Numbered from the stretch's first letter, positions 43,920-58,910 are shown. The stretch: 64,000 bases of DNA from the human T2T-CHM13v2.0 reference genome, Homo sapiens (GCF_009914755.1 NC_060926.1); one strand, 5' to 3'. Notes: generated by a model not told the origin, from the letters alone. Program-made: numbers and translations.

Positions 43920-44749
43920 GGTTGTTTCCTATCTAATTGAGTAGACGTTCATGATCACTTATCCAATTCATTCAAGCAGTATTTATTGAGCGATTACTAT
44001 GATTCAGGCAGAGAATATAGCAAAGAACTGGGAACTAACTAAACAAAATAACCTGTCCTCATAGAGCTTACATAAAAAAGTCCTCATAAAAACCTAAAAT
44101 TATAGTCTAATTACAAGTCAAGTACTGATAAGTGCTATGGAGAACAATAAACTAGGGTAACATTAAAATATGTAGTGCCCGGAAATGTGGAATTGACATT
44201 TTATAGAAAAGAACTCACTGAGAAGATGATGCCTAAGGCAGAATCTAAAGGAAGTGATGGAATGAGCCATGTGGATATCTTAGACGAAACAATTTCAGGC
44301 AAATTTAGATTCCTGAGCTGGAAATATTCTCAGTAATTTGTCCAAAAGCACTGGAAAGGTACAAGTAACTGGATGAGTGATAGAAAATGAGTTACAGAGG
44401 TAGAAGTAAAGCTCTTGATGTTGTATTTCACTTAGAGTAAGGTAAAAGCCATTGGAGGGAATTAAGTACAAGGGTAACATGATTTGACATGTTTCAGAAG
44501 AACACTACAACTGCTAGGTTGAAAATAGATTTGGGGAAGATAAAAGTATAAAAAGAGCCAAGTTAGGAGACTGCTGCAGTAATCCAGGTAAGAGATGATG
44601 ATAATTTAGACAAAGGGAGTAGGTAATCAAAAATAGATTTTGTATTTATTTGGAAGAAAGACACAACAGAATGTACTGAAGTCTTGCATATGGGATGTGA
44701 AAAGAGTCAAGAATGAAGAAAAATGAGGCAAGACCAGGTTTTGGGGCTG

Positions 44750-45570
44750 TATGAATTATAGTACAGTCTACAGTCCTAGAATAAAGACCCCACAGATACA
44801 GTGATTCAACTAAGTCAGAGGCTTATTTTTATCTCATGAAACTTCCCAGGAAAATGCCATCCAGGGATGGCAAGGTGGTTTTGCTCCAGGAGTCATTTGG
44901 CGACCTAAATTTCTACCAATCCTATTGCTACAGTTTTCCAGAGAGTTGTCCTGTTGCTCATGAGGAGAACTGGCTCACTTCCATATCTCAATCCCAGTCC
45001 ACAGCAGGGAGAAAAACAAATCTCAGAACAAATAGCTTCATCTTTAAGGAGATAATCTGGAGGCTATACAAACCACTTCCCTTGACATCCTAGTGATCCT
45101 AGTTTTGTCTTATATCAACAGTTAGCTGAATGAAACGATAATGATATAAACACCTCTAACTCTATGGCCATGTGTTTGGTGAAAACTATGGAGTTTCTGT
45201 TAAGAAAAAAAAAAGCAAGGTAGATGGCTAGACATGGTGGCTTATGTCTGTAATCTCAACACTTCAAGAGGCTTATATGGGGGGCTCTCTTGAGGCCAGG
45301 AGTTTGAGACCAGCCTAGACAACATAGCAAGACCCCTCTCTACAAAATTAGAAAAAATAGCCCAGCAGGGTGGTGCACACCTGTAGTTCTAGCTACTCAA
45401 GAGGCTGAGTAGGGAGGATGGCTTCAGCCCAGAAGTCCAAAGCTACAGTGAAATGTGATTGCATCTCTGCATTCCAGCCTGGGTAAGAAAAAGACCTTGT
45501 CTCTGAAAAATAAAATAAAAGGAACACAGAGAGAATAAATACCAGTAGACAAATGGCGGTGTCTGACCTG
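44750..45570 (-). mobile_element. MLT1J-like LTR split by AluJ
   Basis: gcttatttttatctcatg, tccagggatggc, tttaaggag...accacttccc, ggccatgtg. Confidence 0.6.
45226..45520 (+). mobile_element. AluJ
   Basis: ttgaggccaggagtttgagaccagcct, aacatagcaagaccc, gggaggatggctt. Confidence 0.9.
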
Positions 45571-45864
45571 GAAGTGAAATCCGAATTTTATTTTGGACGC
45601 ATTACATTTGAGATGGCTATTTGCTGTCTGATAGGGACTTGTATGGGCAACTGAAAGAGGGCTACGCTGAAGATGTAAAATTGGGAGTTATAAGTGTAGA
45701 GATGATATTTAAAGTCAGAACACTGAAATCACTTAAAAATGAGTGTTGAGAAGAGAGAAGAGATCTGAAGTCTGAGTTCCAATATTAACATGTCCGAGAA
45801 AGATTTTAAAAATGGAGAAAATAAGTAATCAATGAGAAAGGAAGGGAATAAAGAGAGAGAGATC

Positions 45865-46060
45865 CTCAACAGAAAGGCCTTCACTTTTGGTCCATTTGTG
45901 TACAAATCCTTCATTGCTTAATTGTGGTAGCTTTATGGTAAGTCTTTCTAATTGGTAGAGCAAGTACTCTTACCACGCTTGCATTGTTCAAAACTGCCTT
46001 AGCTAATCTTGGTTTTTGCATGTTTACAGACAAAAAAATAATTTCTTCACAGAATTTGAG
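45865..46060 (-). mobile_element. Old L1M ORF2 fragment
   Basis: Minus-strand ORF 45911-46114 contains KPRLAKAVL...LALP...YHKATTIK, similar to ORF2p. Confidence 0.65.
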
Positions 46061-46686
46061 ACATAGCTGATCATCAGTTATAAGTAGTGGAATTAAGTAC
46101 ATTCTTTCTACCACGCCGCAAGTGTCACTGCACCCTGAGCCATTTAATCTTTTTTACAGTGTCTCTAAACAAGATCATTTGTTTCTGTAGCACTGCACTA
46201 CTCCTGCAAGAGGGCACTGGTTTCTTCTTCAAGTGGAAAACATTGCTTTAAATGCCAGCCAGGATAATTATTTCTTTAGTGAATCAAAGATACCAATGAT
46301 CAGGTCAACCAAAGGTGTCATATTTCTTCATAACTACTTTAATAACCTTACATCTGCTAAATAAAAAGGAAGGTCAGCCAAAGTATTTAAATATAGTACT
46401 GTTGCCCGTAGTAAGAAACTGGAGCTGAACAGAGATTATTAATAATAAGCTACTAAGACATAATTAATTGCTTAACTTAACAGCCCCTATTAATTATCAG
46501 ACCATAAGCATAGCTGGAATTACAACTTGAATTTGAAATTTAATGGACAACTTTGTACATCTTATTTCAAAATTTCTGAATTACTAGCTTGAACCTTTCT
46601 TGATTGGAATACTGGCAAAATCAAAAGTCAGATAAATCAGTTTCTAAGATGTAGTATGGGAACAATTTCAAGGGAATAAGGAGACT

Positions 46687-47590
46687 TTTTTAAACTTTTT
46701 ATGTTGAGATCATTATTTTTCTCATGCAGTTGTAAGGAACACTACAGAAACATCCTGTGAACGCCTTTCTCAGTTTCCCTCAATGGTAACGTCTTGCAAA
46801 TCTCTAGTAAAAAGTCAAACCAGGATATTTACATTAATACAGTCAAGGTTTTATTATTTCTAGGACCCTGGTAGTATCTTTTTACAGGCACACCCACTTA
46901 TCTCCCCCACCCAGGTCAGCTCCCCTGGTAGCTACGAATATCTTCTCCATTTCTAAACTTTCCTCATTACGAGAATGTTATATACATGAAACTATACAGT
47001 ATATAACTATGTATATTATATATAGAATCATATAAATCCAATCGCATAGAATCCAAAGCCTTTTGGATCGGCTTTTTTTCAATCAGCATAATTACCTCTA
47101 CATTTATTCAAGCTATTGAATGTACTGATAGTTAATTACTTTTTATTGCTAACAAGCTATTTTCCAGAATGGCTGTACCATTTTATAATTTCACTAGCAC
47201 TGTATTGGTGGCTCAATTTCTCTACATCCACACCACATTCGAGGTTAGCACTAATTGTTTTTTATTTTAGCCATTTTGATAGGTGTGTAATGACATATCA
47301 TTGTGGTTTTAATTTGCATTTTTCTAATAGTTAATGATGCTAAACATCTTTTCATGTGCTTATTTGCCATCTGTTTGTCCTTTTTAGTTAAATGTCTGTT
47401 CTTATCTTTTGTCCATTTTCTAATTGAATTGTTTTTGTTTTTCTGTTGAGTTTTGAAATTCTTTTTACATATTTTAGATATAAGTTTTTTGTTGAATATG
47501 TGGTTTGCAAATACTTTTATCCAATCTGTAGCTTGTCACTTCATCCTCTTCATAGGGTCTTTCACAGAGCAAACATTTTTAATTTTAATG
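46687..47590 (-). mobile_element. L1MC-like 3' end with internal deletions
   Basis: catgcagttgtaag, cagtttccctcaatggtaacgtcttgcaaa, cattgtggttttaatttgcatt, ttttcatgtgcttatttgccatctg. Confidence 0.85.
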
Positions 47591-47699
47591 CAATCTGTAA
47601 TGTCTTTTTAACTGAGGAACCTGACAAGATTCTAGTTTTTGAAGATTTCCTGCCGTGTTGTGTTTATCAGGTTATAGGAGGTTCAAGAGTATTCTTACG

Positions 47700-49400
47700 T
47701 TGGTGTCATTTTCCATAAACCAAGTCTCCAAGCTGAAAGGCACGGAGTGGTTCCTGCAGTTAATCCTTCAGAAAAGGAGTCTGCCCCTGTTGATTATAAA
47801 CTTGAGTAAATTAGATTAACCCATTATAGGGTTTTGGCCATATCAACCTAAAAAGTAGCCAAATCATAGATAAGAGCTACGAATCTAGATGTATATGATA
47901 TCTGGTGATCAGCTGTTCCATTTTTGTACTATCATGATCTAGGTAATGCATTTGGAATCCGGGGAGCACACCAGAAGGTCATTTACATATTACAAAAGGG
48001 TGGTGGCAATCTCAGGAAATTAAATATCTCTAAGGCGATGGAAGAAATGCAAGAGAGCACTTCTCTAAAGCCTTGGCCAATTACTGTCCATATATTTTGT
48101 TATCTTCCCACTATGTATGTAAATTGATAGTGTGAATCTAGGTACAAGATGGTACAGTATGCTAAAGAATACTGACCACGACTGGATACTTAATTTGTGG
48201 CCCCAGTACAAATGAAAATGTGGGGCTCCTGGTTCACAAATTATTAAGAAATTCAAGATGGTGGCAGCAGCTGGGAACAAAGCACAGGGCCCTTCTAAGT
48301 GTGTAGACTTGGGCAACTGCACAGATCGCTTGCAAATGAAGTTGGCCCTAATGCTAAGAATAGATTCTATTATAAAATAAACATCTGTCTCAGGGATTGA
48401 TAATAGAGTGATATTAGGGTTGGCAGCCTAATTAGGGTTGGAAGTAAAGAAGTCCACTTCTATCAATAGCTCTTGTTTTGTATAGAGTGATGTCCTCACC
48501 CATTTGCCTATTTGACAGGCAGAAGGAAGCATTGCAAGAGATAGCATGGGGGATGACAAGTCTTCTATGTGGGTGTAAAAATAGGATGGGCCACCATTTA
48601 TTTCAGTGAGTATGGAGCTAACTCTCATAAAGACACAACCAGTTCAATTGAGACTTTTAAGGTTTAGTATATGCGTCCCACATCTGAGTTGTCTTTGTCC
48701 CAGAGATTATGTGGGGCAGACTCAAGGTCTACTATAATAATAGGGGAAGTATTAGAAAGTGGGTAATCAATCTGTGCCATCAAATGGCTGGGGATTCTTC
48801 TTCTGGGATTTCCAGCAAGAAACCATCTTGTTCACAATTAATCAAGGCACTTAATATACGTAGTAAATATCTTCCCACAAGATTAATGGGGTCAAAAAGG
48901 CATTCTAACTAATGAGTCATCTAAGGAAACAGAAAACGGATGTGTCAAAGGCAGAGTTTAAAGAGTGATTGAAATTGCATTCACTGAGTTAGTAAAATTA
49001 CTACAAAGAAAAGGCGACCAAATGGTGGCAGGATTATTATTCAAATTATGATTCTTTTGTGCACTAGGAAAGGAGTCTTCTGTACAGATATTTTCCCTCT
49101 GGAAGACAGTGGTAAATGTGGGCATAGAGAAAACACTACTTATTTGCACGATCCTCATTTAGGGAAAGGACCTCATCCTACTTCTTGTTTCTGCAGCATT
49201 GAGCCAATACCAGGCAATTAATTTTCCAATGCCTTTTGCCTTACAATGTTGTCAAGTGCCTTTATCTATTTTTCACTTAGCTATGGGATCACTTTTATTT
49301 CATGAGTTTTCTAATTATTTAATTAGAAGGACCATTAGTTATGCCTGAGTTTTTCCTTTCTTTGATCAATTCTAGGCTCCGACGTTCTGCTAACTCCTAG
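47700..49400 (-). mobile_element. Possible ancient ERVL-class pol/integrase remnant
   Basis: Frameshifted minus-strand motifs PAI*W-Q-IDY (about 48795-48760) and IPHAIS...RQW (about 48560-48500) resemble ERVL integrase PATWWQVDY and GIPHSIASDQG...RQW. Confidence 0.4.
48177..48350 (-). mobile_element. MER45A hAT-Tip100 DNA transposon
   Basis: aatgaaaatgtggggc...attattaagaaattcaagatggtggcagcag...gggcccttctaag...ctgcacag...atgaagttggccct. Confidence 0.85.
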
Positions 49401-49426
49401 AATTCACCTAAAGAAGCAAGTGGCCA

Positions 49427-49762
<336 letters not shown>

Positions 49763-50689
49763 TTATTATGCTACTTATTAAAATTTATTGAATGTCTGTA
49801 CAGAAATTAGGGAGGACAGTAGGAATGTCTTTACCCTCTAGTAAGTCTGAATAGTCCTTACAAGTTTGGGACAGACTAGATGGTCCCTAAAATCAAGAAC
49901 AGATTCTGGTTTTCTTTGTTTATAATGTTAGATTTTAGGCCAATTAATATTCCAGTTAGAACCTTGGGGATCCCTGCAAAGAGGTCCTGTATTATTTCAG
50001 TTCTGCTTTTCATATCTTTTTTTCAGTTGATGCTAGATCAAGTTGGACTAAATCTTCTTGGATGTGTCTATTTGGCTTTGTCTACCCAAATTTTAGCTTC
50101 ATGAGTTGACTTCATTTGCTTCCACCTTGTGTCATGAAGGCCAGTGCAGTCACAGCAGCATCAGCAACAGCCATCAAGGAAATGTCCATCCTCAAGGTAC
50201 AAAGGGAGCAAGTTCCACTGGGCATATGGCAGTTGCATCTCAGCAGATAAACAGGAGATAGGACATCTGGAGCAGCCCTTGTAAATAACGCAAAGCGGGA
50301 TTCTTTTAAATGTTGATTTGCAAATCTTAAGTTACAATAGATAATTAAAATAAAAAAGTTAAAAGTTAAATTTTATATTGAACTTGATGATTGTGAGTTC
50401 AGCTATCATGGCATAAAATCTGTGTTTCACAAACATCACTTTCTAGATACATTTTAAAAAGTAAGGTGATAATAGTCATAGTCATGATGATTATAATTTG
50501 TAGAATAAAGTAAATATTTCGGAGCTTTTCTGATAAACACTACAAAATGTGTTTGCCAAATATAAGTTCATTAAATCAATAACGACAATATTGTTAATCA
50601 ATATTAACAAATATATAACATAAAGCCATCATGCAAATAATAGCTTGTTTGCTTGAAAAAAACTGGACAAGTATTTTATCAAAAAAGAA

Positions 50690-51170
50690 ATAAAGCTTTA
50701 TTAATAAATTGAAGAAAACTAACTAGGTGTTCAGCTATAGAAAGACATGTTATGTTATAAATATCAATTATCTCGGCATTGTTCTACAGATTCAGCGCAA
50801 TTTTAGTTTTTTAGAGGCACTTTTTCATGGAATTTACAAATCATGTAAGTAAACATAGAAATTCAAAGGATCAAGAAAAATTATGATACCCCTGAAGAAG
50901 AAGAATAGATGGTACTTACTCTGTCAGATATGACAACATATTACACTGCTATAATATGCTATAATAATCAAGACAGTGGCAGATATAAGTAGACCAATGT
51001 AACTGAATGTTAAGCCAAAGCACCACTTGATAAGTGAGATCTGTTATTTGCAGATCACTTCATGCTCCTAGGACAAATGATTATTCATAAAAATCAGTTT
51101 CATTTCCATATTTGCTTTAACTATGTAAAGCAAAACTAAAAACTTTTATCTGGACATACAGGAGCTTTCA
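50690..51170 (+). mobile_element. Old L1M ORF2 fragment
   Basis: tctacagattcagcgcaat, cttactctgtcagatat, gctataataatcaagacagtgg. Confidence 0.7.
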
Positions 51171-51615
51171 TATGAGAATTTCAGGACTAGCATAATGATA
51201 CAATGTAATTCTTCTATCCAATATAATAATGATAGATATTCTGACTCAAATATGGAATATCCTGTATTTGGCTTTTAATGTTTATCCCAAAATTTTACAA
51301 ATGGTATAGAAGAGCAACATAGGCTTTTCCAGGTAAGTTAGAGTAAGCACATTCCAATCCTATCTCTTATATGAAATGCAACTATATTAAACCTGGAGAG
51401 AATTCAGGCAACAGCTATTTGAGGATTCTAAAAGGTGAATAGGATCAGACAGAGGGAAAAAGACCAGAATTCAAATTACCACCAAATCTGTGTTGAGTTT
51501 ACCATTGTTTTTTGCTCTGGCATCCCTCAGCCTTGACATATACCAGCCTTAGATTAATGATCAGCCAATATTCATGTATACAAACATTTTAGAAAGGTCT
51601 GTGGGTCAGGGCTAG

Positions 51616-52105
<490 letters not shown>

Positions 52106-52458
52106 TAAAATTCTTAGTTACATATTTCTCCATCAGGAAACATCTTTCATCTGTATAGTAAAAATAGGACTTGGTGGAATTCTCAAAATCAAAACATACT
52201 TGAGATCAAGGTATTAGGAATTTATAAAATCTTTGATTCCCCTGTTGTGAAGATCAGAAGCTTATTAAATTTGATGTTTTTTATACGAGTATTTAAAAAT
52301 ACTTATATAAGAACTTTGTGTATTTTCTAGTTACTATTCAAGTTATATAACATGACTTTCAATAAAAATTCAGCATTTATAGTGTGCTAAACTTTGGACT
52401 AAATACTTTACACAAGCTATTTTATTGAGTCTTCCTTCACAACAGTCCAATGATATAG

Positions 52459-52929
52459 TGTTATGGTTGCATTTGTGTCCCCGCAAAATGTATATGTTGA
52501 AGTGCTAACCCTCAGTATATCAAAATCTGACCTTATTTGAAAATAAAGTCAATAAATATGTAATTAAACAGGAGTTAATGTTAGTTAAGTTGAGGTCACA
52601 CCTGAGTAGAGTGGGCCCCTAATCCAATATGACTGTGTCCTTGTAAAAAAGAAATTTGGAATCAGGGCTAGATAAACAGGGAGGACATCCTGTGAAGCTT
52701 AGAGCTATCCTGCCAGGAGCCAAGGAATGCCGAAGATTGGTGGAAAACCAGCAGAAGCTAGGATAGAGGAATGGAGCAGATTCTCCCTCATAGCCCATAC
52801 AAGGAACCAACCTGATTGACATCTTGATTTTGGACTTCTAGCCCCTGGAACCGTGAGACAATACATTTCTATTGTTTAAGCCACCCAGCTTGTAGTACTT
52901 TGTTATGGCAGCACTAGCAAAGCAATACA
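52459..52929 (+). mobile_element. MLT1B/C-like LTR inserted in a MIR
   Basis: tgttatggttg...tatgttgaagtgctaacc...ccctaatccaatatgactg...tttaagccacccag...aataca; MIR halves at about 52370-52458 and 52930-52995. Confidence 0.88.
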
Positions 52930-53320
52930 GTAGAAATCATCATTACTTCCACTTACAAAGATGAGGAAACACACGATCAAGACGTTTAAATAATTGTTTT
53001 ATTCTCATGCAATTATTATTAAGTGGACATTTGAACTAGGCCTTTCTAATGACAAACCAGGTGTTTTCTGCAATTTTAGAATACGGAAGAGAATATTCCA
53101 GGCAGAAGGAACAGCCAGTGAAAAACATATGGAGCCAAAAAATGCACATCATTGGATGGAAATGGAGGATAATTTCATTATAGGTAAAGATTAAAGTCCT
53201 GGATTAGGGAGGTAAATGGAGAGGGGAAAGAGCAATAGATCTACTTGACATAACTCTTCTAAATAGTATTGAAAATTGGATTATGCACTTTTTTTTTGCA
53301 TGGCTGGCAATGATTTCTTC

Positions 53321-53477
53321 CTCCTCTTCTTCTTCTTCTGTTTGTTTGTTGTGTTTTTGTTTTATAAAGGGTTTTGCCGTGTTGCTCAGGCTGGTCTTGA
53401 GATCCTGAGCTCAGGTGATCCTCCCACCTTGGCCTCCCAAATGTTAGGATTATAGGCATGATCTACCATGCCCAGCC
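53321..53477 (-). mobile_element. FLAM_C / Alu left monomer
   Basis: Single monomer gttgctcaggctggtcttga...tgatcctcccaccttggcctcccaaa with a simple-repeat tail. Confidence 0.85.
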
Positions 53478-54369
53478 CTAATTTTCTTTATATTACTTCA
53501 CGTTCTCAGGAAAATTTCCCAAGTCATTTTCTTTGTGACACATTAACAAACGGATCTGAGTGATGTTATGGACCTTGTTCACAATGTTCCACGGCCAGTG
53601 ACCTCTCGTTTACGCAGTAGGGAATCTCACTATTCCATAGTGCAAATATCAAATGATGAGTGAGTATAACTATCTATTCCCAATCCCTCATCTCACCTCA
53701 ATTTTGTCTGCTCTAATTATTATACCACTGACTTCTAGGCATGGACATTACTCTGGCATTCAGCCTTCAGTATCTGTTTTTGTTAGCCTCATTTACTAAA
53801 TTTAAAAAGATGTATTTTTAATTTTTATAGTCAGTATAAAAGACATAACATTCTATTGTTTTGTGTAGAATGTTTCCAGCTTGTCTCAAATATAAATTCG
53901 TATAATTTTATATTCTTTGAAGTCAACTACCCAAGATTTTTTTCTTTCTGAACACTACCCTAAATACAGCACAATATTTCATTTCTGATATAAGCATCTC
54001 TTTGTATGTTTACCCATTTTTTCATAAACTAAAATAAATTGTAACATTTGTTTTGTGTGTATATCATATATCTAAAAGAGTGGAGTGACAACAAGAAAAA
54101 CCAGGAAGGCCTCCTTCTACATAAATAAAGGCAAATATCATGTTATAGCTAAATTATTTATGGAAGAAAATATTAAAATGTCACTAAAATGTCAAGAAAA
54201 GATCTGGGAGATAATCATTGATTTTCGGAATCTACTTAATTGCCAAAACATTTAAAATGTATAAGTGACCATTACAACACAATTTAGAATAGTAGAATCT
54301 ATGCTTCAATATACTTCAAATTATTCAGAAGGTTATTTATTTAATGTAGATATCAAGTTACTGAAAGCA

Positions 54370-54640
54370 ATGTTTATTCACTCAATTCAGCAAATAAAGA
54401 TTAGGTCTACTAGGCGGAGGGGTATAGCAAGAAAAATAAGATACTTTCTACAGAGATTTTACAATCCACTCGGGGATAAATCAACAAAAAAGCTTATTAA
54501 AGATTGACATTGTGATAAGCACTATGACCAAAATAAAAAGAGTGATAAAATAGTGAGTAAATGGAAGATATCTCTTTAATTGCATGGTCAGGAACTTAAG
54601 GAATGAAACTGGCTCAGCCATCCAAAGAGTTGGAAAAAAA
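54370..54640 (-). mobile_element. L2 3' fragment
   Basis: tttattcactcaattcagcaaata, attgtgataagcactatg. Confidence 0.6.
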
Positions 54641-54647
54641 AAGAATT

Positions 54648-55241
54648 TGTAATAGTTTTCTATCTCTGCCTAACGAATTAGCATAAACTTAGTGGCTTAA
54701 ACAACAACATCCATTAATTAACCTCAGTTCAGTTGGTCAGACAAGAGGCAGCCTCCACAGTGTTTTCTGCTTAAGTACCACAAATTCTTAATTAAGGTGC
54801 CGGCTGACTGGGCTTTTATTTACAGATACTTGAAGAATCTGCTTCCAAGCTCATATTCAGATTGTTGGCAGAATCCAATTCCTTAACGACAATATGTTTA
54901 AGGTCCCAGGTTTCTTGCGGGAGCAGACCTTGCCTATTCTCAACTTCAGGGATACCCCACTATCTTCAACCCATCAATAGTGCACTGAAACTTACTCATT
55001 TGTCAAACATCTTTGACTACTCCTTCCGCCTTTCTTATCTACTGCTATTATAGAAAGTTCTCTGTTTTTACACACTCATCTGATTAGATCACAAGTCCCA
55101 AGATAAGCTCTCTTTTTTTAAAGTCAACCATACCATATAGCATAAAACAATCACGGGAGTGATATTTCATCACTTTCTTAAGTTCTGTGAATTTGGAGGC
55201 TTGAAAGCTTTGCAGGAATTTTTAGAATTATGCCTACTACA
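54648..55241 (-). mobile_element. MLT1E/F-like solo LTR
   Basis: TG...CA termini; aaacttagtggcttaaacaac, gaatctgcttccaagctcat, gttggcagaatcc; perfect TSD GAATT at 54643-54647 and 55242-55246. Confidence 0.88.
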
Positions 55242-57122
55242 GAATTCTAAACACTAATGGGCACACATAAAAACCTAGTTTGATTTGCAGTTATCTTTGC
55301 AGATAGACGGTTTTAAATGCAAAGCCCATGAATGGGTTAAGAGTTACCATTTATAAGATCGTAATTGTTCTCACAGCGCTGAGGATATCTGTAAACAGAG
55401 TCATGCTGTGTTGCAAAATTTTGGTCTGATTAGGCACCTTGCCTTGGACTATAAACAAGGGTCAGATATTTCATTTGGTTTCATTGTATTCCAACTTGAT
55501 CAGCATAGCAGGACTCTAGTCCATTGTCACAACTACTAAGCTTCTCTCCAAGAAAAGCAAAAGGGAATTTGGTTCTGTAGATATTACAGCAGAGGAAGGA
55601 ATCTTCTCTTCAGGTACAATAAAATAAAATAAAATTGACTGGTTTATTTATGAAACCACATATAATTACAGCATATGTATTAATGAAGAAACTTTTGCTA
55701 ATTATAGAAGAGAAAATATAGAGCTCCTGGGTGAACAAGAAGTTGGATCTTCTTTGTATATAATATGAAAAGCCAAGCATTATTTTTTCAGTATGTTGTC
55801 CATTTTTCCACTTTCTTATCTGTAGAATAAAGTGATATCTACCTATTAAGACTCTAAAACCTAACCCATAAGACATGGGCTAATATACGTGCGTATGCAT
55901 TGCATCATGCCTACCATATAGTTTTTACTCCAAATGCTAAGTCCTGTTTTTTCCTCCCTGTGTGAAACCAAGGCCTTCTTAACTATAGCAAAATAAAAAT
56001 GAACTGCTGTCCCTTGTCCCTTTTTATCAAGCATTGTATAAATCTGCATGATTTTAATGTCAAAATGTATTTAAAAATATAGCTTGACATTTACAGGTTG
56101 TGTTATATTTTTCTGTGCAGTGCTCTCCAATTAAAGCATTCTAGGTAGGAGTCTGTAATTGACTGCCTGGTTCTTTAAATACTTTCAACACCAAGAAAAG
56201 AAGTACTGTGGGGAAAACTCATCATGAAACCAGTTCTCTCAATGCTGGGTGGCAGCTAGAGTGGCAGTTCATGTACCGTAGGGTAGAAAATGAGAAAAAG
56301 CTGGCTTGTACATTGGTTTTCTGGAACCAATGCTCAGATACTGAGCATGAAATGATTAAAATGTGGCCACAACAAACAAGAAATGCTTAATTGTATTCTA
56401 CCTGAGGTGTCATCATTGGGTGTAGTTTCTACCCTGAATTCAAGCTGGAAGTGACTCTTCTCACAAGCATGGAGATAAGTGACTTTTCTACCACTGCAGT
56501 TAAGCAGAGAACCTTAATAGCTGGACAGGAAGACCAAAACCTCAGAGCGGCAGTTCCGACTTCAGTCTCTTCCTCAGCATGTCGCAAAAAGGAAAACCAT
56601 TCCAGAATGTGGCTTTTAACAATCCTATGTATTATGAAACAGATACTATATAAATTAAAAGCTAATGTTAATATAAAAATTAAAATATTTTATGCATATT
56701 ACATTTCTTTCTGTGTAATGATATATTTTATCAAATATTTTTATTTACTCATTGTAAATCTCTCCCCATTTTTCACTTAAATGAAGACAGCCTATCTCAT
56801 AATCTGTATAACTTATAAATTATCTGGCAAGAGAATTGAGACAGGAAAAATAAAATGTTGGGATTTATGGATCTACTATTGTGATATTATAAAGCAAAAT
56901 TGCAAGTATTCCCAGATCTCCCTAACAAGGATCACTCTAACTACCCCTGGATTCAGAAGAAATCAATAGTGAAGCAAAATTTGTTCCTTGGTCCATAACA
57001 TATCCTTGTTCATAAGAAAATTCTATCTTAGGTCCATTATAAAAATGATTTAATGATTTAGTCCAAAATAATGCATATTTTTGGAAGCCACAATAGAAGG
57101 AAAGTCAAAAGTGATGAGGAAA

Positions 57123-58119
57123 ATAAAACAATTAACAAAGTGAAGATACAATACACAGGATGGGTGAAAATATTTGCAAACCGAACATCTGATAAGGAGT
57201 TAATACACAAAATATATAAGGAATTCAAACAACTAAACAGCAAGAAAACAAAAAACCCAGTTAAAAATGAGCAAAGAAGCTGAACAGACATTTTTCAAAT
57301 GAAGACATACAAATGGCACACAGATCTATTAAAAATGGGTCAAAACCTCTAATCATTAGAGAAATGCAAACTAAAACCACAGTGAGATGTCACCTTACAC
57401 CTGTTAGAATGGCTACTATAAAAAAGATGAACAATAACATGTATTGAGGGAGGACGTGGAGAAAATAGAACCATTGTATACTGCTGGTGGGAATGTAAAT
57501 TTCCCCCAATTTACACTGTATTCCCATATTTATTACAGCATTATTAACAATAGCAAAGATATGGAATCAACCTAAGGGTCCATAAATGGATGAATGAATA
57601 AAGAAAATGTAGTATATGTACAAAATGGAATATTATTCAGCCTCAAAAAGGAGAGAAATTATATCATTTGTGGTGACACGGCTGAGCCTGGAGGACATTA
57701 CGCTAAATGAGATAAGCCAGGCACAGAAAGAGAAATAGTGCACAACCTCACTTAGATGTGGAATCTAATAAATTTGAACTCATAGAAGTAGTGAGTAGAA
57801 TGGTGGTTACAAGGGCCTTGTTGTGGGAGGAGAGACTGAGGAGTTGTTGGTCAAAGGGTATAAAATTTCAGTTAGAAAAGAGGAATATGTTTTTGAGAAC
57901 AATTGCACAGCAAAATGACCATAGTCAATAATTCCAAAGTAGCTAAGAGTACAAATTTCACAGGTTGCACTACAAAAAATGATTTTAAAAAAGTGAGGGT
58001 ATGGATACGTTCATTAGCTTTATTTAATTATTTTGTATTGTCTACACGTGTATATAAAACATCATATTGTACCTCATAAACTTATACAATTGTAATTTGT
58101 CTATTAAAATAATATAGAA
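57123..58119 (+). mobile_element. L1MA-class 3' fragment
   Basis: ORF2 end (WVKIFANRTSDKELIHKIYKEFKQLN) plus L1MA 3'UTR; TSD tgatgaggaaa at 57112-57122 and 58120-58130. Confidence 0.92.
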
Positions 58120-58510
58120 TGATGAGGAAATTATTAAAATACAAACTAGAACTAATTCCAGAGGTGATTAATTCTCTGACATTAGTCACAATATCCCTGA
58201 TACCCAGAAATAAATCAGTGCAAGAAAGCATGAAACAAAAATAGCCAGAGAAACACGAGTCTCAGCAGAAATGAAAAAATTGAGACCCCGATCTCACCAC
58301 AGTAAAGACCATTCTCCAGTTATATATGGCTTTGTTGGCTTTGGGTCTTGACTGCAGAACAATTGATATTTCCAAAGGTTAAAATGTAGCCAATGTCTCT
58401 GCAGGGGCCTATCACTTGCTCCTTGATACATCACCCTCCACACACACCTTCCCAGTCTTATATTGTACTCTTTTCCCTGTCACACAATCTCCTTCACTCT
58501 TGCCTGTTGA

Positions 58511-58910
<400 letters not shown>

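Larger units (their letters stand above)
43960..45850 (-). mobile_element. L2 (L2a-like) interrupted by an MLT1J-like LTR and AluJ
   Basis: ttcattcaagcagtatttattgagcg, ctcatagagcttac, aagccattggaggg, tgcagtaatccaggtaagagatgatg. Confidence 0.85.
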
